DNA of 64,000 nt, taken from assembly GCA_964187785.1 (NCBI GenBank), contig OZ076413.1:43588001-43652000 (forward strand), in the 5' to 3' direction. The position numbers were made by a program, and so were the translations under genes. How positions within the stretch are numbered: the stretch's first letter is position 1; each line of letters starts with the position of its first letter. The stretch is from Amphiscolops sp. MND2022. Taxonomy: Eukaryota. The notes beneath the pieces were generated by a model. It saw only the letters and a list, made by a program, of their open reading frames with translations, searched no databases and was not told the DNA's origin. Of this stretch, positions 39,501-48,422 are shown piece by piece.

Positions 39501-39654
39501 ATTTTATTCTCACAGCATTTGCCATGGCACAATGTTTTTATGGCATATTATCATTCAAAAAGTTTTGCTCAAGTTTCTCCTTGTAAAAGATTTAAAACTT
39601 CAACTTACAACAGATGCTGAAGAGGGCCAAGAGGGTTACTCCCAGCAACTTCAT
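30559..39654 (-). CDS. vitellogenin / large lipid transfer protein (LLT + vWD), 15 exons, about 1565 aa
   Basis: Exons 39654-39609, 39124-38844, 38580-38272, 37956-37649, 37416-37081, 36798-36468, 36124-35709, 35494-34811, 34579-34255, 33952-33763, 33511-33201, 32933-32730, 32451-31912, 31714-31442, 30702-30559. All GT-AG, phase-compatible, total 4698 nt. Signal peptide MKLLGVTLLALFSICYA; LLT motifs WILDILTGIIEKFQ, LKAIGNSG, ELRIGAF; vWD ILAKDC and KLCGLCGDNNG. Confidence 0.9.
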
Positions 39655-39831
39655 CTTGGAGATGTGATCGGCTCCTCAAACGAAGACACACCAGAAGTGT
39701 TTTGATTGGTCCAGAGAGTTATCCAATGAGAGAAAAAGAAGACGGAAGGTTGAGAAGAGTGACTCGAAGAACTTATTGAGCAGATCCCGAGATTACTCAG
39801 ATGAGATTGGTGTTGGGTTTGAAAAGTGTTG

Positions 39832-39850
39832 CTTTTATAGCCCTTATCTG
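39832..39850 (-). promoter_or_regulatory. TATA box with adjacent GATA site
   Basis: Minus strand reads AGATAAGGGCTATAAAAG about 180 nt upstream of the ATG at 39654. Confidence 0.6.
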
Positions 39851-41029
39851 TGCTAATCTGAATGAACTTCGATCTTGCATCTTCCTCATTTAGAAACTGC
39901 TCAATTTTTGGCTGGATTCTCAGACGACATCACTCAAGACTGTCGAGTTTTGACCTTTATTTAACAAGGTATATAAATTTTAAGGGAAACCCTATAACAG
40001 ATGTATAATATACAACAGAGTTCCAGAATGTGATGTTCAAATTGAAAGACATGATTGATTATGCTGCTTACATGTTGTGAGATATTGTCAAAATCTGTTT
40101 GACACCGGTAAAACTGTCAGAAAACGCTCTTACGAATAAATGAATGAGTCTAGGGTTCAATTTCCATATCCTATGAACTTGCACTTAATTATTCTAGATT
40201 CTCACTCTCCTAATTGCTGAGATACAAAACGAAGATGCTTTTTGTGAAATTAACAAGTTCTAGAAACCTCAAGTCCATGCTTCATCTAACTTCTACCAGG
40301 CTGCATATGAAGGATTTAGATCCGCGTATCTGATCTCCTGGCTATGTTTTGCCCATATAAACCATATAAACACATATGATGACGTCATTAAGTTTTCTGT
40401 GGAACTAAACTTGTGAAATATGTCATCGGTAGCATTTCATGAAGTCAGAAACTTTGTCTCTGCAACGAATGGTCCTTAGAAAGGCGAAAGGGAAACTTTT
40501 GGATTATTTGAATCAACCTTAAACCAAGAAACCTGTTCCGATTGTGAAGCTTTATTTCGGTATGAATAATATTCAAATTCAAAAATATTGCACAAAATCA
40601 TGATTTTGGAACGTTCGCTTCGACAGATCCATCAATTTTTCGGAGAAAGTTTTTGCGAACTGCCATAAAAATATTGTCCGAATTGAGAAATTACTTCATC
40701 GACTGGCATGAAATGATGTAAGTTGGGAAGTCGAAGCGAAATGTAATTTTTATATAGCTAATTAGGATTTGAAAAATCTCAAAAAAAATTCATCATTTGA
40801 TTTCGATTTGTTTCCATGTATGTAAGTATATGTTCCATATTGTTAGCAGTTTGTTATCAGTTTGAGCAATTCAAAAAAATGAAATCAGTAGCTTTTGATA
40901 TGCCAACCAAAAGTTGACTAACCAGATGTGGATCAGAACTCTCGCCGCCTTAAAGAGCTATGACACAACATTAAAACAAATGTCTCGATCTGCTCAATTT
41001 GAAAATTCCACTGAATTTCACTTTAAAAA

Positions 41030-41280
41030 ACAAGGAATTTGTTCATTAGGACTTACATGAGCACTAGGTGAACTTATCTAGTTTACAAAATGGAAAAGGA
41101 AGCAAAAAATTCCACGGATTTTTAGTTTAAAAGAAAAGAATTTGTTTGGTTTACAAAATATAAAAGGAAGCAAAAAATTCCACGGCTTTTTAGTTTAAAA
41201 GAAAAGAATTTGTTAAGTATGGCTTACATGAACACTAGGTGAATTTAACTAGTTTAGAAAATGGAAAAGAAAGCAAAAAA
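41030..41280. repeat. short compound tandem repeat
   Basis: GTTTACAAAAT..AAAAGGAAGCAAAAAA x3; CTTACATGA.CACTAGGTGAA x2; TTTTTAGTTTAAAAGAAAAGAATTTGTT x2. Confidence 0.8.
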
Positions 41281-41659
41281 GACTCTCAGAGAGGAAAACA
41301 GGGCATTTTTACTTTCATAACTCTGAAATATTATCATCAACACCGTGGGAAACCAACCAGAAGTGACTTGTTTTCAAACTCATCTTCACCAAAACTTGAC
41401 AATGCGAGGTGAAAATTTCAACATGTGAGACCAGATCTAATTCGAACACTTTCTAAACTGATATGCCGAGGTTAACCTGACATTCTTGAAGCCCAAAGCG
41501 ACATTTCGTCTCCCCTATGTTTCTCTCAGTAGAATGTTTGAGTTTCAAATGACGTTCAAGTTTTTGTCATGCAGTCAAATTATCGAGCTCTGGTCTCTAA
41601 AGGACATGGCGCAGTCAGTCAAATTCAAAACAAATAGAACCAGAATTTTATCGGAAAAA

Positions 41660-42710
41660 CTGCAAATAACGATGGCAGAAAAACCGATATTCACACCGAG
41701 ACAATGGTTAGGAAAGATTCCGGCAGTTTGTCGTAAAAGAACACAAAATGGACGTCACACCATCACAGAAAGACGACATGACAGAACCAGGTGGTCCGTG
41801 TGGTACAGGATTCAAATCGGTTTTTCACCGAACACTATTTACCAAAACAGAACACATACCATACGGGACAGAGGAATATTTTTATGGGCAAAACAAACAG
41901 ATGTTGGAACTCCGGAAACATTTTGGAGACGATCAGTCGACTGATTGACATTGAAAAAGATCAATTTCAATACAATATCGGCTGAAGAACTACTATTATA
42001 GAAGAACATGATAGCAAAAACCAACAAAAAAACGGGTCGAAATGATGGAAGAAAAAAACACTGGAGTTAAGAAAAAACAAAGTAACTAATCAAGCAGATC
42101 AGCTATGGGAAAATGAACAAACAGTATATAATACAGGAAGCATGAATTATACGGATAAAAAAGACAAGTTAGACGACGAACCCTCACAAAAAGCACAGAA
42201 GTTTGGACCAACGGGCAAGACTTCGAATGACTGCCCTCGAAGGGTTTGTAACACTCTCATCTAGAAATTATCAACCAAATAAACCGAGAGCGTGGATGCA
42301 CAGACATCAGACAAAGAAAAAAACTAATTGAAGCAGAAAACGGAAGAAACGGGTGAAAATGCGAGTGGGATGAGAGTACGTATTGCAAGAATGAAACAAG
42401 TAAATTGAAAAAAGACACTCCGTGGCATGATGAAAATTAACGGAAAGGGTTACCGATAATAACAAAAAATACTGAAGGCAATCGAGAACAGAAATTAAGA
42501 AGCCGGTAATCAAAGGTGAACAAAAAAAGGAGAAGTTACTGGAAAACATTGGAGACCAAAATACAATACAAGATCGTAACCCTAGAGGAACTAACAAAAC
42601 AACATTACCCGGAATTGACGGGATGAAATGTAACGGCACCCTCTGAGACAGCAAAATCAGTCGATATTGAAATTTGGGATTTGAACATTTGTCAAAAATT
42701 CTAATTCGAT
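41660..42710 (+). pseudogene. heavily decayed TE-like coding relic (probably gypsy gag) adjoining the giant element insertion
   Basis: Purine/A-rich coding-like strand bias, fragments such as EKPIFTPRQWL..KMDVTP; no intact ORF. Confidence 0.35.
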
Positions 42711-43429
42711 TGTAACGTCCGGCTAGCGGCGCACATCTAGGAAGAGGGACAATGCCTAGGGTGCTTAAACAGGAGACCGTTGTCTTACTACACTCCTAAA
42801 CACTAGCTTTTGATCCCAAAATGGTCTCCATGGGGGACTTTTCTAACGTCTAAGGAGGCTCCTCTAGTTAGAGCTCCGAGGCGACGTGCCGGCACTCTCA
42901 AAGTCCGGACACGCCCCACAAGCCTGTAAAAACAAATCCTAAGGTTTTTAGCGCGTTCCCGCCATCTCCTACATACTTCCGAGGTCCAAAAAGATGTTTA
43001 TCCGAAAAATGTCATTTCGACAGTTATGGACATGAAATGCTGACCTAGAAGGTCAGGCATGGGGGAAATAACAAAGTGCATTATAAATTAACAAATTAAA
43101 GGGGGATAAGCCCCAAGTGAGAATACAGTTACTGTTTGTAGATTTTCGGGGATCCAGTCATGCCATTCTAGAACAGTTCTGCTTTCTCTCCCAGAGGGAT
43201 GGCATAGCACCGGGTAGCGTTCGTCGTATTCTGCACCGTGTGAATCTTCATGTCAACAGTCGTTTTGCTTCCTTTCTTTATCATCTCCTGTTGTTCTTCC
43301 TGTTCGCGTGTTCTTTTTTTTATTTTTTGGTTTCAACGACCTGCCAGGTCGGCCATTTTGATTCGCACATTTTCTGGTTCTTGATCGAATTTTTCATCGA
43401 AAATTTGGTGTTGACTGGTGGACGTTACA
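42711..43429 (-). repeat. 3' LTR (719 bp)
   Basis: TGTAACGTCC...GGACGTTACA 10-bp terminal inverted repeats; only a handful of differences from 61283-62003. Confidence 0.97.
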
Positions 43430-43437
43430 TCCTCCCC
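43430..43437 (-). other. polypurine tract
   Basis: Minus strand GGGGAGGA immediately before the TGT of the 3' LTR. Confidence 0.85.
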
Positions 43438-44012
43438 GGGCCGTAGTTTGTCGTCCTCGGCAAACGAGAGGATGCTCGCACCCAAAGGGTACTCTGAGAT
43501 TTACAGAAAAGGTCTTACATCAAGACTATGTTGATTTCACATTACTATTCTTTTCGCTTCGTTACTGCATGTTTAGCACTCTAAAGCCATCAAATTCAAA
43601 AAGCACTGGTTTCTAGGTTAAAAACTCTACAGTCGGATCTTTTAAAAAAAGTTTTTTTACTAATCACTCAGTTCAAGTTAAAATTTCTTTTTCTAAAATT
43701 GGACCCCTGCGCGGCCAAGTGAGTAACAACAACTTTTGGGCTTAGTAGAAGTTTTAAATTCAAATCAAAACGGGAGGGCACCGAACCGGGACCCGCCCAG
43801 TGGATGTAGCTATATTGCATTGTTGCATTGGTAGCATAGTAAAATATATATCAAACAAAATTTTGAAATCAAACTTTATTGCACCGAAAGTTTTCAGCAC
43901 CAGTAAGATGGTGTAGCACAACTAAAATCAAGAGTTGGCATCAATGCTTTGATGATAAGGTCTTTTGTGCTTAATTGTATTCCAACGGTCTTGGAGGGTC
44001 CAGAGGACTCTT

Positions 44013-45323
44013 TTACTCCAACAGCTGGTTCTGTGGGGCTTCTTGCATGGAAGTGCTGCCCATGGTGTCCACTGTATTTTGGTATTCTTCATCTATGGTC
44101 AGTAAGTTGTTAAGCTCTGACTCTATGTCCGCTGCCTCCATGTTTGAGATATTAGTCTCCGCTTCGTCTCTTACAGGAGTAGTGGCATCAGAGAGCGTGA
44201 AGTTTTTGTCGGTCATAGGCTCCTCTGATGGTGGCATGACGTTTGGGACATCGTCTTGTACCCCTTCTACCAATAATTCATCGGTGTCTTGAGTGAGGTG
44301 GGGTGTGGGAAGGACGGTGCGAGAGCTGCCAGAGGCAGCTTCGCTCAAGTCGCTGATCCCTGGGATAGCTTCGGTTGGCTCTAAGTTCGGCAGTCCGTCC
44401 GCCAATTCTTGATGACCATGCTGGGTGAATAGCTGCTTGAATGTTTGTATTCCCCTAGCGTATTCTTCGCCTACAGCTCGAGTATGTTCTCGCTGGAGAC
44501 CATGCAGGCGCACGAATATCTCTAGCGCAATGCGCGGGTTGCTGGGAACGTCAGTGCTCACGGGCAGATCATTCCTGCTTGGTTCTCTTGCTACTGTTGG
44601 AATAGTCGTTGGCAGCTGTTGAAAGGTCTGGTGGATAGCGAGGTCTACGAGTTCCGGCTGGGCCCAACATGTAAAGGTATTTAAAATTCTTGCGGTATGC
44701 TCACGGGGCTCCGCTCTTGCACAGTATGCTCTGGAAGTGTCACACGCATAGGGATATAATAACCTAGTAGGTTCTTCTCCTTTTCGGCGACCACCAAATT
44801 TTTGGATAATCGCTCTCAAGATACGCAGGACAACTGGCACGTCCCACCCATCAAACGTTGCCACTGCTCCATTGTTTGGATTGAGGGGGGTATGTAGCCA
44901 AACGACCGGGTGGATTTCCATTGGCAATGGGAGCGAGCTGCGTGCTCGCGCTTTGATCAACGTAAGATAGTTGTGCTCCACTTGTTGGCGGTCTTTGATT
45001 ATGGTGTATGCCATGGGAGGTCGCAAGTTGGCAAAGCTGTGTATCACTGATTGAAAGGTGGGACCCTGAAGGGGCCCATTAGAGGTCACGAAGTGTAGAA
45101 TCGAGAGGGATGGGGCTACTGCTGCCACTCGCAAGGCCTGCGTTGGATAGCGCAAGGCCATAACTGCGCCGAAGATAGGCCAGATTACAGGAGCAATGAG
45201 TGGGATCAGGTCCTCTGTTTCCACGAGCATCAACGTTGCTATCTGTGTAGGGAACAGGAACCCTGGAAGCTGACTGGGATCTCGGTTAATAGCTGGGCAC
45301 TCATCCAGAGGATGCATAAACAT
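44013..45323 (-). CDS. extra ORF3, C-terminal part (probably frameshifted continuation of 45301-48138)
   Basis: 436-aa ORF overlapping the upstream ORF by 23 nt; removing one G near 45328 joins them (IYSTW-SMFMHP); hydrophobic stretch LIPLIAPVIWPIFGAVMAL; acidic tail. Confidence 0.75.
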   Translation of the reverse strand: MFMHPLDECPAINRDPSQLPGFLFPTQIATLMLVETEDLIPLIAPVIWPIFGAVMALRYPTQALRVAAVAPSLSILHFVTSNGPLQGPTFQSVIHSFANLRPPMAYTIIKDRQQVEHNYLTLIKARARSSLPLPMEIHPVVWLHTPLNPNNGAVATFDGWDVPVVLRILRAIIQKFGGRRKGEEPTRLLYPYACDTSRAYCARAEPREHTARILNTFTCWAQPELVDLAIHQTFQQLPTTIPTVAREPSRNDLPVSTDVPSNPRIALEIFVRLHGLQREHTRAVGEEYARGIQTFKQLFTQHGHQELADGLPNLEPTEAIPGISDLSEAASGSSRTVLPTPHLTQDTDELLVEGVQDDVPNVMPPSEEPMTDKNFTLSDATTPVRDEAETNISNMEAADIESELNNLLTIDEEYQNTVDTMGSTSMQEAPQNQLLE

Positions 45324-48138
45324 TGACCCAAGTGGAATAAATCCACACTAGAAGTGCTTGAATGTTCAAATCTAGTTGCGCTTTTAACTTCAAGGAACCC
45401 GCTGGGTCCAGAGTTTTAATGACGGCAGATATCCAACTCCTTTGATTCTGCGAAAAGACCAGGAAGCTGAAAAGGGCTGAGCCTCCCTTGTTGAGCACGA
45501 ACTTTTGTATGAGGGCTGACGGTCCTCGGTACATCATGGTCAACCCCACGGCCATCAAATACACTAGTATTTCACCAATGGTGGCTCTTTCCATGGCCTC
45601 CATGTATAGTCGCATTCGCTGCTCATCCAGGCCGTACTCGGCCTGTACTAGGGAAGGAAGCCAGAAGGGAGAGATGTTATGGAGGAATACGGGAAATGAT
45701 ATGCCTAGCCGGTCCGCGACTTGGCCCAGAGGTTCTCGCAGTTGATCGTGCCATGTTTGGTATGTGTGTGTTGGCTCTTGAGCATTCCTTCGTACAATAT
45801 CTTGAGCCAGTATCAACAGCATGGCTAATGTGGGTGATCTTTGCCCAGGTTCAGCGTCCAACGATATTTGTGCTATAGGGAAGATAGAGGAATTCTTCCT
45901 ATCACTTTGAATCGTTTCGGTTTCCTTCATCAGACTCGTGAGTTCTTTGTGGAACTTGGGCTCATGCGTTTTCTCGTCTATGGTCGATTCGTCCCGGCGT
46001 TCAAACCAGAGGTTATCCACCAGGTTTTTGCGCTCATTTTCATTTGGATCATTCACTATTCGGTCTCCACGCTCGCTCATTGATCGACGAGCCATTTCCA
46101 TCCCATAATCGAACGCTGTTGCTTCATCTACTATCATTTGGGAATTGCCGCGGTAACCGACGTATGATTGGAGGGCCTTGGAGACTTCGGCAATGAAGGC
46201 TGGGTATGAGGCTTCACAGGGGCGCCAGCTATTGTTACTGATGCGTAAATTAGGGGCCACAATGTAGAAAGCCAGATCTCTCGCGTACGCGGCCTCCATT
46301 ATTAGGTACAAGAATTGCTGAAGGGTCCGGGGAAGGTACACGTAGCCTGGAGGTGACATAAACACCGTCCCAGTGGTGGCTTTCTTTCTGCGCATAGCTT
46401 GGGCAATATTGGCCATCGTCTCCACGTAGTTAGTTACCTCGTCAGTGACGAACCCCTCGGTAAACCTTTCATGGTCTGGCCGGAAGAATTCCAGGGTCCC
46501 TCGCAGAGCGAGGTGGTCTATCACATTCGAATATACCAACAACGGAGGTAGTGGGATAGTCTCTGTTCCCGCTTGGGTGAACATTTTATCAGTCACCTCT
46601 GCCATTTCATTCAGTGTAGTACAGGGCATGTTCAGTATTCTGACGTCCATGAGGGTATTGTGGGAATTGAAAGAAGACTTTATCGTCGAGTCGACGAAGA
46701 AGGCTATTCTGGTTTTCTGTAGGAGGTCCTTTCCCATGGGCAGGATTGTAATGGGGTCCCTCGCATAGTTCTTGGTTCGCAAGCGGTCTTCGTCAAAGCG
46801 GCCTGGGCGCTGTCGGAGGAAGCCGTCGGGAACACGCATGTATGTTGAATCCACTCTCTCCAGTTCTGCCCGCATGCGGTTGAACCAGGGGGGGCATCCA
46901 TCCCGAGTGAACACGGGTTTCTTGATGGGGCGATTGTAGAGTACCCCTACCGTGGCTTTTTCTATTTTCTGTCTACTGGCAAGGTCCCCTGTTCCTGTAG
47001 CGACCTCGAACTTCTGTTGTAATGGGTCTTCTGGTGACCTCGTGGTTGGTATTTCCCGCTTGAGACGCAGTGCGTCGCGTGCAGTGATGTCTAGCTGTCG
47101 TTTTTCTGCATTTGTGAGGAATTCGTGCGTTATTGTAGGTCTCCTGATTTCTGGTTGTGTGGGCGATGTAGACGGGGGTTGCGGGATACTGGTCGAGCTC
47201 GATTGCCTACCTTGCCCGGCCGCCTCTCTAGCTCGCTTTCCAGCTTTAATCTTCTCCCGGAGGTCTACCACGGTGTTGGCCGCCTTACTTTCAGCCTTCT
47301 GTTGTTCTCGCTGACGTTCTCGGAATTGTGGGTCCATCTGGAAGCCTACTAGGCTGGCTGGTTCTGAGACTTGTGGAGGTTCCGAGACTTGTGATTCGGT
47401 TCTGGAGGACGTTTGAGTCAATTCTTCATATGAGTCCTTGAACGTCACCGTTCTCCTGGGCTGTTCTTCGCTCAGGGTAGCGCTTGTTGTATTGTCTACT
47501 TGCACCCCTCCCCCCTGAAAGGTAGATGGAAGCATGAAGTTAGAAGATGGGGTTGTGAGTAGTCGGATGCCTTTCGTTGCCAGAGGCATGGGCGGTGTTA
47601 GCACTGGGGGTGGCATGATTGGCAGTGTGCAGCTGAATTGCACAGGGTGTGGTGAGGGCAACGGGGTCGTAGTTTGTGTCTGCAATGCCGATTGCGAAAT
47701 GCGCAGTGATCGCTCTTGGTCCATGGGAGGTCTAGTAGGCTCTCCATAGACTAAGTGGGAGCGAGGATCTATGAGGCTGTGGGTCAAGTCATACCCTTGC
47801 CAGGTACCGTCGCGAAAGGTGGCAGAGCGTTCTATCGGGCCGATCCGGCTGGTGATGGTGAGGCTAACATCAGGGTACTCTGCCTGAGCTTGGATTTGGG
47901 CCATGATCATGGCAAAGCCAGCGATCATTGTGGGTGTCGCTCCGTTTAGTAGAGTGTCTTGGACAAGAGCTAGTTGGTCGACTCGACCATCTATTTCGCT
48001 CATCATTGGAGGTGGATCGCTCCTTGTGGATGGTTGGGCACGCGCAGCGTTTTGGGGTGCAGGCAGGCGGTGTCGCGCAGATGGGTCCATTGGAAACAAT
48101 GATAAAGGAATGTTTAGCACCGAAGATTGTGATGGCAA
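45301..48138 (-). CDS. extra ORF3 in env position, SGNH/GDSL-like domain plus hydrophobic segments (first ATG 48090)
   Basis: 945-aa open frame; RIAFFVDS / VRILNMPCTTLNEM / LLVYSNVIDHL / TVFMSPPG resemble SGNH blocks I-III. Confidence 0.8.
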   Translation of the reverse strand: MPSQSSVLNIPLSLFPMDPSARHRLPAPQNAARAQPSTRSDPPPMMSEIDGRVDQLALVQDTLLNGATPTMIAGFAMIMAQIQAQAEYPDVSLTITSRIGPIERSATFRDGTWQGYDLTHSLIDPRSHLVYGEPTRPPMDQERSLRISQSALQTQTTTPLPSPHPVQFSCTLPIMPPPVLTPPMPLATKGIRLLTTPSSNFMLPSTFQGGGVQVDNTTSATLSEEQPRRTVTFKDSYEELTQTSSRTESQVSEPPQVSEPASLVGFQMDPQFRERQREQQKAESKAANTVVDLREKIKAGKRAREAAGQGRQSSSTSIPQPPSTSPTQPEIRRPTITHEFLTNAEKRQLDITARDALRLKREIPTTRSPEDPLQQKFEVATGTGDLASRQKIEKATVGVLYNRPIKKPVFTRDGCPPWFNRMRAELERVDSTYMRVPDGFLRQRPGRFDEDRLRTKNYARDPITILPMGKDLLQKTRIAFFVDSTIKSSFNSHNTLMDVRILNMPCTTLNEMAEVTDKMFTQAGTETIPLPPLLVYSNVIDHLALRGTLEFFRPDHERFTEGFVTDEVTNYVETMANIAQAMRRKKATTGTVFMSPPGYVYLPRTLQQFLYLIMEAAYARDLAFYIVAPNLRISNNSWRPCEASYPAFIAEVSKALQSYVGYRGNSQMIVDEATAFDYGMEMARRSMSERGDRIVNDPNENERKNLVDNLWFERRDESTIDEKTHEPKFHKELTSLMKETETIQSDRKNSSIFPIAQISLDAEPGQRSPTLAMLLILAQDIVRRNAQEPTHTYQTWHDQLREPLGQVADRLGISFPVFLHNISPFWLPSLVQAEYGLDEQRMRLYMEAMERATIGEILVYLMAVGLTMMYRGPSALIQKFVLNKGGSALFSFLVFSQNQRSWISAVIKTLDPAGSLKLKAQLDLNIQALLVWIYSTWVNVYASSG

Positions 48139-48422
48139 GACTGATTTGGCGTGATAAGTGGGGGAGCCGCGCAGAGGCGAGGCAACAGGACAAAACTGAA
48201 AAACAGGTCACAGTTGGGGATAAAACGTTACATAAACGGGTGGTCAGTCAAACTTTTTAGGACGAACACACAAACACAAGGTTAAAAAAAATTTTATGTG
48301 GTTGCTACTAAAACTTGCGCTTATCGGTGCATCGTTGTTAAAATTTAAGGTGCTTCGAAATTACGAAAGGCAATGCAAAAGGCCAGTGGCCTGATTTGCC
48401 AAGGAGAGAGCGAGACGTGTTC

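Noticed and set aside
45301..48138. ORF3 as a canonical env
   Set aside because: No signal peptide, no furin site + fusion peptide + C-terminal TM layout, and a long disordered N-terminal region
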